Part shown: positions 27,050 through 36,566 of the stretch, piece by piece
Layout: every line of letters starts with the position of its first letter
How positions within the stretch are numbered: the first letter of the stretch is position 1
Virus record (IMG/VR): IMGVR_UViG_3300045988_016718
Origin: a virus
DNA length: 64,000 nt
Strand: one strand, 5' to 3'
The notes under the pieces: generated by a model
What the model saw: only the letters and a program-made list of their open reading frames with translations
The model's database searches: none
Told to the model about the DNA's origin: nothing
Translations under genes and position numbers: made by a program

Positions 27050-27290
27050 ACTTGACTATAAAGTCATTTTCTTCTCTCACAAACAGCTGACCTGACTTAA
27101 GACTTCTATATGAAATACCTTCAACCCATTTCCTAGTTGTAGGGTCTTTAATCAGGCACTTCTCACATAGAAAGTACTGATTACCCTTGTATACATATAC
27201 CTTGGTCTTTTCAAGTTTATCAGCTATAAACCACATAAGGAACAGTAGACCTATTAAGCCTACTGTCACTATAGTTGCTATTATAATCAT
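26970..27290 (-). CDS. small membrane-anchored protein
   Basis: N-terminal TM helix MIIIATIVTVGLIGLLFLMWFI. The ORF starts 1 nt after the polymerase stop. Confidence 0.5.
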   Translation of the reverse strand: MIIIATIVTVGLIGLLFLMWFIADKLEKTKVYVYKGNQYFLCEKCLIKDPTTRKWVEGISYRSLKSGQLFVREENDFIVKFETYKQWKKNGRNDKGSRGNKHCNIS

Positions 27291-27291
27291 A

Positions 27292-29682
27292 TCAATGAAT
27301 CCAAAATTTACCTACTTCTGCTTCAGCAGGAATAGGAAGTTTAGTACAAAATACACCTGCTGCTTCTTCCATAAAGAACTTAAGTTTATCTGCTATTTCT
27401 GGCATAGATTCAGGATACTCAATACATGCTTCATCATGCACTAAATTTACTATCTTAACTATTCCAAGCAGGTTGTTTTCAACAATCCATTTAAAGAAGT
27501 TAGTCATAGCATATTTAAGTATGATAATGCCTGTGCCCTGTGTAGGTGAATTAAGACCTAATCTACCCCATTTACTAACAGCCTTGAAGTGAAGAGATAC
27601 TCTTCTTTTCATCCAAGTCTTATGAAATTCATCACCAAGTTCTTCCTTCTTTCTTCTATATTCATCCCAGAAGTCACTGTCAAATTTAGCACCTTCAATT
27701 AACCAATATGAATGGTCACTCCAGTACACCTTATGTCCAGTTAAAGGATTAATAAGAATATACCCATTCTTCTTTACAGACTCTAAAGCTCTCTTACCAA
27801 AGGCAGTTACCCCCGGAAAACCCTTATCATAAGCATCACCAATCTTGTCAGCTTCCTCTATTGGGATACCTAAAGAATCTGCAATTGAAGAGGAGCCACC
27901 ACCAAACTGTTTAGCAAACTCTGGTGCTTTGGCTTTCTTTCTTAAATCAGGTCTTTTCTTCTTGATATCCTTAACTTCAATACCCTTAAGTTCTTCAGGA
28001 AAACATGCCTTGGCTACCAGAGAATGCATATCACCTGAACCATGAACAAACTCATGAATCATTGACTTCTCATTATAAATGTCAGCCCCTAATCTTGATT
28101 CAAGTGCACTATAGTCACAACTACAGAATAGGTTTCCTTCCTCACATATAAAACAACTTCTTGTTCTATTGTTGCCCGGCAAATTCTGTACTTGAGGATA
28201 AGCACATTTGAGCTTATTGTTCTTGGTATTAAGTGGTAGCTTCTTTAGCCTAGCCAAGTCAGTGTTAACCTTTTGAGAACCACATGACATTCTGCCTGAT
28301 GATGCACCAAGTTGCTTGAATACAGTATGTATCCTTCCTGTCTTAGGATTAATAGCATTAAGGTATGATTGTCCATAAGTAGAACATACCTTATCAGCTT
28401 CCTTATAGTCAAAGTAGACCTTAAGGAAAGCATCATTAATGCCCTTTTGTTTGGATAGTACCTTTTCAAGTGCTGAATCAGCTTCTTCTCCTGTGCTCTT
28501 ACTGATGATTGTAGTGTTGAATCCAAGTGTCTTAAGAATAGGAACAACTTGTCTTGAACTATCCCAGTTAATCACACATATTGGTTCAGTATTAAAGCCT
28601 GAAAACAAGTCACCTTGCCTGTTTATCATAACATATTTACTAGGGAGTCTCTTCTTAATCTTACATTTGTAAGCTTCAAATTGTGCTCCACAAGAATCTG
28701 TTATGTCAAGCTCTGGTGCTCTAAGTTCATTCTTAAATGACTTTCTTTCATCTTCTATATCATCTTCCTCTTTGTCAGACAATGATATATAGGCTGTGAA
28801 ATACTCCTTACCAGTACATGAACTGACTATGAAGTCATTAAGTGAACTAAGAAACACTTTCTGAATCACTTCATCAAATACCATCTTCTTCTTCCACTTG
28901 ACTTCATCAAGTTTAATACCACACCATTCAAGATAAGATATAACAGGCACAAATTCACATTCAAGTCTTGCCCCATTAAGTAAGCCCTTAGCTCTAAGGA
29001 CCTCAACCTGTTTGTTCATTATAGCCCCAAGATACATGACATCTCCTGCTGCATATTTAATGACAGAAGTATCAATACCTCTCCATATAATTTCACCTCT
29101 GACTGTCTTGTCAATATCTATTCCTAGATACCTGTAAGCAATAGCCTTTAAGGATGCTCCTGAATGGTTGTATATAAACTCTGCTACATCAGGTACATTG
29201 TTATACAGTAATGCTTTCTTTGTATCAGAGTCAAGCTTGTCATATCCTTCATAGTTATAGGCAAAGTCACAATATTGGTTCATTGTTTCATTGTCCATAC
29301 CTACTAGAAAGAATGGATAACCAAGATAGATTAACTGTTCCACAATCATAGTATCATAGCATTGAGTAACTATTATACCATAATTAAAGAGAAACTGTAA
29401 GTCAAACTTTAGATTCTGACCTATCATAAAATGAGTCTCAATGTACTCTTTGTATACCAAAGGAGAAATAGTGGTAACATCTACCACTATTTGATTCTCC
29501 CCTTCAATATCTCCAAATTGCATCATCAAAACATCATTAATATGTACATCCCTGCCATTAGTTTCAGTATCAAACTGAAACATATTCCAAGCAGACAGCA
29601 TTCTTAATGATTCCTCTACACTTATCTTGGTATAGGCATCATCAGTGAATAGTTCAGATTGACCACTTACAAAATAAATCAT
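27292..29682 (-). CDS. polA: family A DNA polymerase with N-terminal 3'-5' exonuclease
   Basis: Exo I FDTETNG; motif A DYSALESRLGA; motif B RKKAKAPEFAKQFGGG; motif C NLVHDEACIE. Length 796 aa. Confidence 0.95.
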   Translation of the reverse strand: MIYFVSGQSELFTDDAYTKISVEESLRMLSAWNMFQFDTETNGRDVHINDVLMMQFGDIEGENQIVVDVTTISPLVYKEYIETHFMIGQNLKFDLQFLFNYGIIVTQCYDTMIVEQLIYLGYPFFLVGMDNETMNQYCDFAYNYEGYDKLDSDTKKALLYNNVPDVAEFIYNHSGASLKAIAYRYLGIDIDKTVRGEIIWRGIDTSVIKYAAGDVMYLGAIMNKQVEVLRAKGLLNGARLECEFVPVISYLEWCGIKLDEVKWKKKMVFDEVIQKVFLSSLNDFIVSSCTGKEYFTAYISLSDKEEDDIEDERKSFKNELRAPELDITDSCGAQFEAYKCKIKKRLPSKYVMINRQGDLFSGFNTEPICVINWDSSRQVVPILKTLGFNTTIISKSTGEEADSALEKVLSKQKGINDAFLKVYFDYKEADKVCSTYGQSYLNAINPKTGRIHTVFKQLGASSGRMSCGSQKVNTDLARLKKLPLNTKNNKLKCAYPQVQNLPGNNRTRSCFICEEGNLFCSCDYSALESRLGADIYNEKSMIHEFVHGSGDMHSLVAKACFPEELKGIEVKDIKKKRPDLRKKAKAPEFAKQFGGGSSSIADSLGIPIEEADKIGDAYDKGFPGVTAFGKRALESVKKNGYILINPLTGHKVYWSDHSYWLIEGAKFDSDFWDEYRRKKEELGDEFHKTWMKRRVSLHFKAVSKWGRLGLNSPTQGTGIIILKYAMTNFFKWIVENNLLGIVKIVNLVHDEACIEYPESMPEIADKLKFFMEEAAGVFCTKLPIPAEAEVGKFWIH

Positions 29683-29949
29683 TTATTCAAATGTTACACT
29701 ATAACCCTTCCCCATGATATGAACAATAGACTTGACAACTGCATCAGCTTCTTCAAGTCTCTCACCTTCAACTATCATTGGTCCACCTGATGGGTCTATG
29801 AATTTCTTGCCACCTGCCATGCCAGACCTTATCATTTGGTCACTAGTCTTTAACAGGTAAGTCTTTGATTCTTCTCCATTAGGTTTCTTCAATAGTTTAA
29901 GGGTATTATTCTCACCATACCTTGAGTTAAGTTTGATTAATTCTTTCAT
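29683..29949 (-). CDS. hypothetical protein
   Basis: 88-aa ORF abutting the polymerase start. Confidence 0.55.
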   Translation of the reverse strand: MKELIKLNSRYGENNTLKLLKKPNGEESKTYLLKTSDQMIRSGMAGGKKFIDPSGGPMIVEGERLEEADAVVKSIVHIMGKGYSVTFE

Positions 29950-30455
29950 GTTGTTGAGTAGGCTACCAGTTCATCAAAATCAATCACATATTTGTACTTT
30001 TGAAAGAAGCTATTACCTAATACACCATGCAGGTTTACTCCACTTTCTTCCTTAATCATACCAAAGGTATTACTTAAATCAAGTACTTGGAACATATCAG
30101 CATAATCCACTCCTTTATACTTTAAATCTATACTGACATAACTGACTTCAACTTGTGCACCACCTGCACCATATACAGTACCTTCAAGGTTAAGCTTTGT
30201 ATGTTCAATAGTATCAAGTAAGTTACTATCTATGATACAATAATTAGCACCAGTATCAAGCAAGAAGTTCAACTTCTTACTACCTACTTGAAAGGTAATA
30301 ATTGGCAGGTCTACCAAGTCCATAGTCTCTCTGAAAGAAATCTTTCCTGCTGGGTCAATATTCTTTCTATGTCTAGCTTTTTCAACAATGTATGCAATTG
30401 CTGCAATAGCAAGCACTAACAACACTGTGAATATCAGTTTATAAATAAACTCCAT
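29946..30455 (-). CDS. membrane-anchored retropepsin-like aspartic protease
   Basis: N-terminal TM helix (FTVLLVLAIAAIAYIV) followed by FLLDTGANYCIID (D-T-G at nt 30249-30257) and later VLGNSFF, as in clan AA single-domain retropepsin-like proteases. Confidence 0.6.
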   Translation of the reverse strand: MEFIYKLIFTVLLVLAIAAIAYIVEKARHRKNIDPAGKISFRETMDLVDLPIITFQVGSKKLNFLLDTGANYCIIDSNLLDTIEHTKLNLEGTVYGAGGAQVEVSYVSIDLKYKGVDYADMFQVLDLSNTFGMIKEESGVNLHGVLGNSFFQKYKYVIDFDELVAYSTT

Positions 30456-30476
30456 GTTTTCATTTCTGTTTATAGT

Positions 30477-30941
30477 TTAGTTAGTACTTCCTATACCACC
30501 TCTTGAATTATTGCCAAGATGGTCTACTTGTACTAGCTCTACCTTATTACTAAATACCCATTTAAGCTTCTGCCATGCAGTTGCAAATTGGGAGGGAACA
30601 ATCTCAAATTGACAAATCCTAGTACCTTTGGGTATAGTGGTTGCCTTAATAGCAAGTAATGGAGCCTTCCATTCATCTTCATCACCATTATAAGTATTAT
30701 CAATAATACCTATACTATTGGCAATCTGCACATTCCATTTACTTGGTGTGCTACTCCTACTATATACTTTAGCAATCATACCTTTTGGTAACTCCATTGC
30801 TACACCTAGTTTAGCCACATAAAGTTCACCTTTCTTCAAGGTTACATCTTCTGCTAATACTAAGTCAAAGCAATCTGATTTGTCTCCTTCTACTCGTATG
30901 GGCATACAGCCCAATGTTATCTCTTTAACTTTTACTTTCAT
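30477..30941 (-). CDS. dut: dUTP diphosphatase (trimeric dUTPase)
   Basis: All five dUTPase motifs are present: CFDLVLA, SRSS, GIIDNTYNGDEDEW, RICQF, NSRGGIGSTN. Confidence 0.9.
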   Translation of the reverse strand: MKVKVKEITLGCMPIRVEGDKSDCFDLVLAEDVTLKKGELYVAKLGVAMELPKGMIAKVYSRSSTPSKWNVQIANSIGIIDNTYNGDEDEWKAPLLAIKATTIPKGTRICQFEIVPSQFATAWQKLKWVFSNKVELVQVDHLGNNSRGGIGSTN

Positions 30942-31395
30942 TCCAAAACCTATTTGTTATATCTATTAATTCTCCTTTACTAATCTTGTACATTCTCTGG
31001 TTAGTATTAGGGTTATTAAGTGGTCCATATTCTTCATCATAATGACCCAACTTGATGTAATCAAAATTACTAATGTAAATATGTTCACTTAACTCATCTC
31101 TTCCACTATACCATGCAACCTTCAATGACGGAAAACACTTTCTAACAAATTCTGCTAACCCATCTATCCTAACAGTATCATTATCTCCACCCATAAAAGA
31201 AACACAAGTAATGCCTTGATTCTTCTTAATGAGATATTCCAGAACATCAAGTGTTAGGACTTTTCCAATATCCTCTGCCAAGTAAGAGCTATGACAGCCT
31301 TTGCAGTTATTTTTACACCCTGTAATGTTGATGCAAAGAGTAACTTCATCAGGAACCTCAGCAAATGTCACTTTCGTATCTAAATACTTCAACAT
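30925..31395 (-). CDS. nrdG: anaerobic ribonucleotide reductase activating protein (radical SAM)
   Basis: CKNNCKGCH (CxxxCxxC cluster), FMGGDN, small size (156 aa), and close to nrdD. Confidence 0.85.
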   Translation of the reverse strand: MLKYLDTKVTFAEVPDEVTLCINITGCKNNCKGCHSSYLAEDIGKVLTLDVLEYLIKKNQGITCVSFMGGDNDTVRIDGLAEFVRKCFPSLKVAWYSGRDELSEHIYISNFDYIKLGHYDEEYGPLNNPNTNQRMYKISKGELIDITNRFWNESKS

Positions 31396-32077
31396 ACTTT
31401 TTAATTAATTTGTAATTCTCTATAGACAAGGAACATTCTTTCATTAAGATGTCAAGATACTTCATATCTTCATTTCTCTTATAGTTCCTAGCTTCCTCTA
31501 AGGTTTTGAAGTTCTTATTAATCTTAAGGAACTTCCTTCTTAATCTAACACAATATGTATTACGAGGAGTAAGATATATTCCCTTGCCTATAGTTGAAAT
31601 GAATACATTAGCTTCTGGAGGTAGGAGAATACAAGTATCAGGTGAATAAGTTTTATGAAGTCCTAATATGAGAGACTTGCAATCTTTGTCTAATTCAAGA
31701 CTGTAGTCCCCCATACATTCCTTCTCATACCAGTTTCTAAAGTTTGAATAAACCTTAAAATCATCTGACACTGTAACTCCTTTACCTCCATAAGTATCAT
31801 AGGCAAAACTCTTTGGGTCATAACATCTTCTTGCCATATTTTTCCAAACATTATAGATGTGTCTGTTGATATTAGATTCATCACAAATGAATCCATTCTC
31901 ATCTCTTTTATCTGGATTAGACACAGTACCATATTGAGCACTATCTAATCTAAAATACAGCTTTCTATCATACCCATCAAAGTGTCCTACATAATAATAC
32001 CTATTCCTTACCTTCTTTGTTGATTTGCCTTCTATCACCAAGACATCACCGCAATTTTGTAAAATTTTATTTTCCAT
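31358..32077 (-). CDS. AP2-domain DNA-binding protein with homing-endonuclease-like architecture, inserted between nrdD and nrdG
   Basis: C-terminal GIYLTPRNTYCVRLRRKFLKINKNFKTLEEARNYKRNE resembles the AP2 domain (G..W.a.i....k...lG.F.t.eEAa.aY). The central YNVWKNMARRCYDP...YDTYGGKGVTV motif is common in phage free-standing endonuclease-associated proteins. It has its own -7 box. Confidence 0.4.
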   Translation of the reverse strand: MENKILQNCGDVLVIEGKSTKKVRNRYYYVGHFDGYDRKLYFRLDSAQYGTVSNPDKRDENGFICDESNINRHIYNVWKNMARRCYDPKSFAYDTYGGKGVTVSDDFKVYSNFRNWYEKECMGDYSLELDKDCKSLILGLHKTYSPDTCILLPPEANVFISTIGKGIYLTPRNTYCVRLRRKFLKINKNFKTLEEARNYKRNEDMKYLDILMKECSLSIENYKLIKKYVEVFRYESDIC

Positions 32078-32095
32078 ACTAAATCAATTTTGATG

Positions 32096-32103
32096 CAAAG
32101 TTA
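32096..32103 (-). promoter_or_regulatory. Bacteroides-type -7 promoter box (TAACTTTG, extended TTTGCATCAAAAT)
   Basis: Lies 19 nt upstream of the ATG at 32077, in the 66-nt gap after nrdD. A second TTATTTGCA lies 15 nt further upstream. Confidence 0.45.
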
Positions 32104-32143
32104 CTAAAAATAATGCAAATAACAAAATTATAGGGACAGATTA

Positions 32144-34288
32144 TTATACACTTTTACTATATACTCTTTGAGTAGCATCCCAATACCTTCCCTTATCATA
32201 ACCATCAATAGGTCTTAAGAATCCTACCACTCTAGTCCAAACTCTCATAGGATGTCCACACTTAGGGCAACTGTCCATAGGATATTTGGCTATAAAGTGA
32301 CATTCCTCATTAGTACACTCACTGTTTGGTATGTTATAAGTAAAGTATGAAGTACCTTTCTTGGCAGCATAATCCATTAGTGTAAGATATTGAGACTTAC
32401 TCAAATGTTCCTCAAGATTACAATGTAATCCTACACCACCATCCAATAATTCTGTGAACTCTTTACCATGTAACCTGAACCTGTCAAGTACACTAGTATG
32501 AGGGTTCCAAGCATTATAGAAGTAACTGTTATAAATCTTGGTGTCTTCTGGTACCCAGTATCCATCTTCTTTATCCCAGTTATAGTTCTTGGAGCTTAAG
32601 CCTTCAGCAGGAACCAGTTCAGTATTGAACTTGAACTTCTTGCTATTGTGTAGCTTGTTCTGTTCACTGATAGTACCTGTAATAAGTCTACAGAACTCCT
32701 TATATTCTTCATTGTAACCTACCTCAATTCCAAAGTATCTTGCTGCCTCATTTATACCATTAATACCAATAGTACAGAACAAGTCTTTCATACCAATATA
32801 TCCAGCAGTTGAAGCATTGAACATACCTCTTTCCTCCCATTCATATAGAATAGTCTTATATGCTGTATGATACTTATATACTCTCTCAAGAATACTAACT
32901 AGATAGTCTCTAATGAATGAAGTATTCTCCTTCCATCCTCCATGTAGACCGTATTCTTTTGTACAGTCTTGTACAATTCTGTTTAGGTTGAGGGTAATCA
33001 CATTACAACTACCTGTCTTAACACCAGTAAGACCATTGGTGAAACTGAATACATTCTCTTCAATCTCATTCCTTAATCTACAACATGATGCAAGACCATT
33101 AGGGTTATCACTTATATAGACAAAGAATGAGTGTCCTTCACTGTGCATTTCTGCTGTAAAGTCCTTATATTCTTCATCCAGATAATTACCTTTCTTATCA
33201 GTCAAAAGTGCCATAGTTTCAACAGGGAAAGTAAGCATAGCTTTAGTTCTTTCTCTATTAAACCATTTCATGAACTTCTTCTGTAGATAGGATACTCTTT
33301 CCCATGAAGGCTGTGTGCCATCAGGGAAGTAGAAGTTCTCAAACAGAGCCTTCCAGTACTCCTTATCATAATAAGAAATGTTGGTAAATGGTGACTGCCA
33401 ACCCCTATTCTGTGCAGGTTGATTGATGTAATATACAATAGTCTGAAAGGCAGCTTCAATCTTCTGTCCTATTGTCTTTCTATCTCTTACATGCTCTGAA
33501 TCTGCATATACTTGCTCCTTCAAATGATAGTCTTCACCATAGTCCTTGACACAATAATAGTCAAAGTAATTGAAGAACTCACCAAAGGCTACTGCACCTT
33601 TACATTGTGCTGAAAGAAGGAACACCAGATTGTTAAATTGACCACAGAAGCTAGACAGATGATTGGCTATCTTAGGAGTCACACCATCCATATCCTTGAT
33701 GCCGTTACTTATCAATGGATATAATGAAACAGCTTCACAATAGTTCTTAGGTACTGCTGAACTGGCTTCATCATGAATATAAATGATGTGGTGCTCTATA
33801 TCCTTCTCATACTGTTTGGCTACATCAGGAAACATGACATTGAGTTTCTCCTTCATTCTGGCTCTCTGAATGATTCTATTCTTAACCTTAGGTACTTCAG
33901 ATTCAAGAGTGACTACATTCTTCATGGATATATTGGCATTGGCATCTGTCTCTGATGATGCTGCTGCATTCTCTGTAGACTTGCTATATTTCTCCATATA
34001 ATCCAATCTGTCTTTAATCTCTCTTGCTTCCTTATGTCTTTCCCTATAGATGATATAAGATTTGGCTGCTTCAAAATGATTGTCATTCATCAGAATCTGC
34101 TCAATCTTGTCTTGAATCTCTTCAACATTGATGTTATCTTTGTTTGTAAGACCCAAGATGTTAGGTATCATTAGGTTAAGATATTCAGGCATTAATTGCC
34201 CAACAGAGTTAAATGCCTTAGTTACTGCAATGAGTATCTTGTCAAGGTTAAACTCTTCAATTGTTCCATCTCTTTTTGTTACTAACAT
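32144..34288 (-). CDS. nrdD: anaerobic (class III) ribonucleoside-triphosphate reductase
   Basis: N-terminal ATP-cone (VTKRDGTIEEFNLDKI), C-terminal Zn ribbon CPKCGHPM, and glycyl-radical motif TRVVGFLRP. Length 714 aa. Confidence 0.95.
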   Translation of the reverse strand: MLVTKRDGTIEEFNLDKILIAVTKAFNSVGQLMPEYLNLMIPNILGLTNKDNINVEEIQDKIEQILMNDNHFEAAKSYIIYRERHKEAREIKDRLDYMEKYSKSTENAAASSETDANANISMKNVVTLESEVPKVKNRIIQRARMKEKLNVMFPDVAKQYEKDIEHHIIYIHDEASSAVPKNYCEAVSLYPLISNGIKDMDGVTPKIANHLSSFCGQFNNLVFLLSAQCKGAVAFGEFFNYFDYYCVKDYGEDYHLKEQVYADSEHVRDRKTIGQKIEAAFQTIVYYINQPAQNRGWQSPFTNISYYDKEYWKALFENFYFPDGTQPSWERVSYLQKKFMKWFNRERTKAMLTFPVETMALLTDKKGNYLDEEYKDFTAEMHSEGHSFFVYISDNPNGLASCCRLRNEIEENVFSFTNGLTGVKTGSCNVITLNLNRIVQDCTKEYGLHGGWKENTSFIRDYLVSILERVYKYHTAYKTILYEWEERGMFNASTAGYIGMKDLFCTIGINGINEAARYFGIEVGYNEEYKEFCRLITGTISEQNKLHNSKKFKFNTELVPAEGLSSKNYNWDKEDGYWVPEDTKIYNSYFYNAWNPHTSVLDRFRLHGKEFTELLDGGVGLHCNLEEHLSKSQYLTLMDYAAKKGTSYFTYNIPNSECTNEECHFIAKYPMDSCPKCGHPMRVWTRVVGFLRPIDGYDKGRYWDATQRVYSKSV

Positions 34289-35316
34289 GTCTCTAGTTTA
34301 ATTTTCATTATACAACCATTTGCAAGTGCTTCCTTACTGTACCTAGTGGAATTATTCTGATAATATACAAGGTCTGTGAGTATCTTTCTCCAATCCCTTA
34401 GTATATTACCGTTAGAATCCTTAAGGTCAACTTCACCAAAGTTTCCATCAAATTCCCATATCAATGGAGCCACAGTCCTTCTGTTAATGACTATGAATTG
34501 ATAGTATGCTATCTTGAAGTCCTTGAAGTATTCATCTTGTGCTATTACCTGTGATAATATGTAACTGTACAACTTAGCCTGTATGTCATATCTCCATTGA
34601 CTGAATGAGCCATTAAACTCCTCTTCAGGATGCCCAGTAGTCTTTAGGTCTATGGGATATATAACCTTGTTTCTATGGTCTACAATAAGTTCATCAAACA
34701 TACATCTTACAGGTATACCATTATAGGTAGCCTTAAATTTCAACTGAAAGACCTTCTCAATATCTTTCACAAAGGGATTCATGGTGAAGAATGAACTTGT
34801 GGCAACATTGTTCCTTAGTTCTTCAACACACCTGATAACATCTTGATAGTCATCAGTTGAGAGTACAGTCTTACCTTCTGCAAGTGTAAGTAAGTTGTAA
34901 TACTCATTACAGCTTTCCTTGACATTCTTGACCCTGTATGCTGCATACTTTGGATTAGCATAGTAATTATTAGCCAGAGCCACCATGTCTATATCTGAAT
35001 CAGGTATTGTATCTACCTTCCTATGTGTCTCTTTAAACTTCCTATGCAGTTCCTTTGTAATAGCAATAAGGCTATCAGATAAGCTTGGAAACTCACATAC
35101 TACATAATTCTCATAGAAGGCATCTTCACCATCAGTTAACATGGTATCAACTGCTGAACCAAACTGTAATGATGGAGTATCTATCTTATCATAAAGACTT
35201 GATAACTTCCTGAAACCTTCTCTTTCAAATCTGCTTAATGTAGAGTAACTTATTGCAGGGTCAGCCCTATATTCAGGTTCTGAAACATTCCATGCTATTT
35301 CTTTAATACTCTTCAT
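34282..35316 (-). CDS. RecB/Cas4-like PD-(D/E)XK exonuclease
   Basis: DELIVD ... YPIDLKTTG ... QWRYDIQAKLYSY (D, DxK, QxxxY). The start is set at ATG 35316 (MKSIKEIAW), which overlaps the upstream stop as ATGAAGAGTATTAA. The ORF track start at 35361 is less likely. Confidence 0.75.
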   Translation of the reverse strand: MKSIKEIAWNVSEPEYRADPAISYSTLSRFEREGFRKLSSLYDKIDTPSLQFGSAVDTMLTDGEDAFYENYVVCEFPSLSDSLIAITKELHRKFKETHRKVDTIPDSDIDMVALANNYYANPKYAAYRVKNVKESCNEYYNLLTLAEGKTVLSTDDYQDVIRCVEELRNNVATSSFFTMNPFVKDIEKVFQLKFKATYNGIPVRCMFDELIVDHRNKVIYPIDLKTTGHPEEEFNGSFSQWRYDIQAKLYSYILSQVIAQDEYFKDFKIAYYQFIVINRRTVAPLIWEFDGNFGEVDLKDSNGNILRDWRKILTDLVYYQNNSTRYSKEALANGCIMKIKLETC

Positions 35317-35578
35317 ATTCTTCCTCACTTGGCAGTTGTAGTTGTTCAACATAAACATCAACTTCTGCCTTTAATTTCTTCAACTCCCACAGGTCAACCT
35401 TAAGGTATTCTTCCTTTGGATTATCACCTCTGACATTCTTATTTACTCTAAAGATTGCAGAGTCCACTAGTTCTTGTAAAGACTCAAATTGTCTTTCACT
35501 GATAAACCTTTCTCCCAGAGGTATATCACTCTCTGGCAGATTGTTTATCAACTTCCTCATTCTGTCTACTGCCGCCAT
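35303..35578 (-). CDS. hypothetical acidic protein
   Basis: 91-aa ORF in the operon. Confidence 0.5.
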   Translation of the reverse strand: MAAVDRMRKLINNLPESDIPLGERFISERQFESLQELVDSAIFRVNKNVRGDNPKEEYLKVDLWELKKLKAEVDVYVEQLQLPSEEEYEEY

Positions 35579-36026
35579 AACTTTTAATTACTTTAATTGC
35601 TTCCAACAACTGCCTTTTACCAAATATTTCAAATATGAGATACTTGTCATGGTCAGGAAAGCTTTCAATAAGCTGTCTGAACATCTTGAATTTAACAGGA
35701 AAGACGTCATTGACTTGTCCTTTAGCTTCAATAAATACCTTCATACCTTCATATTCAAGGTAAAAGTCTGGAGTGTAAGTAATATCACGTAACTTAGTAA
35801 GGTCTAGCTTTAGTAGTTCTTTCTTAGACTTTGTATAAAAAGGTACAGTAGGTTTACCTCCACTCCATAACACATACTTATGTGACTCATATTGTGGTTC
35901 AAGTCCATTATCAACTAAGGTCCTATAAACCATAGCCTCAATCTTGGACTTGAACTCAATATTAGCATATTGCGTTGGAGTAGCATTTTTAATCCTTCTG
36001 TTTTCCACTCTTTTTAGGTCTGGCAA
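35526..36026 (-). CDS. small PD-(D/E)XK endonuclease (T7 endonuclease I / resolvase-like)
   Basis: YTPDFYLEYEGMKVFIEAKG gives the PD...ExK core. 166 aa. Confidence 0.55.
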   Translation of the reverse strand: MPDLKRVENRRIKNATPTQYANIEFKSKIEAMVYRTLVDNGLEPQYESHKYVLWSGGKPTVPFYTKSKKELLKLDLTKLRDITYTPDFYLEYEGMKVFIEAKGQVNDVFPVKFKMFRQLIESFPDHDKYLIFEIFGKRQLLEAIKVIKSYGGSRQNEEVDKQSARE

Positions 36027-36549
36027 ATAATTCTTTCATTGGAACCTTCAGGATATGCTTAGCTGCCATGGCATCATCCAATGTTCTGAAGGCAGCAAAG
36101 TTTCTGAAGTTCTTGATGAGATGTCTCTTGTTTTCAGGTACTTTACCGATTTCACCTGTTGCTAGACTGATAATCCAGATTTCCTTACTCCTTTCAATAT
36201 GGTCAGGATACTTCTGGTCAAGCACAATGGCAACTTCTCTCAACAGAATTTGGAATACTGCTGTAGGATAAATCTTATACAGGTTATCCAGATACTTCAC
36301 CAAGTTACTCATCTTCCAGCCAATTCTGTCAGCAAGATGTTCAACATAGAACTCAATGCTAAGATGAGTACCACCTTCAGTGCTGCCAGCAATAGTTAAT
36401 GCACCATCTGCAACAGCTTTATCCAACACTTCTTCTGTAGCAACAACTAATTCTAGTGTTCTTTTACCAGTTTCAGTGTTGAGGATTTTACAAGCAAGAA
36501 GTGCACCTACATGAATCTCATTGCCACGTTTGTCTAAATACTTTTTCAT
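35989..36549 (-). CDS. hypothetical protein
   Basis: 186-aa ORF in the operon. No motif recognised. Confidence 0.55.
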   Translation of the reverse strand: MKKYLDKRGNEIHVGALLACKILNTETGKRTLELVVATEEVLDKAVADGALTIAGSTEGGTHLSIEFYVEHLADRIGWKMSNLVKYLDNLYKIYPTAVFQILLREVAIVLDQKYPDHIERSKEIWIISLATGEIGKVPENKRHLIKNFRNFAAFRTLDDAMAAKHILKVPMKELFARPKKSGKQKD

Positions 36550-36566
36550 GTTACTTTATTTATAAA

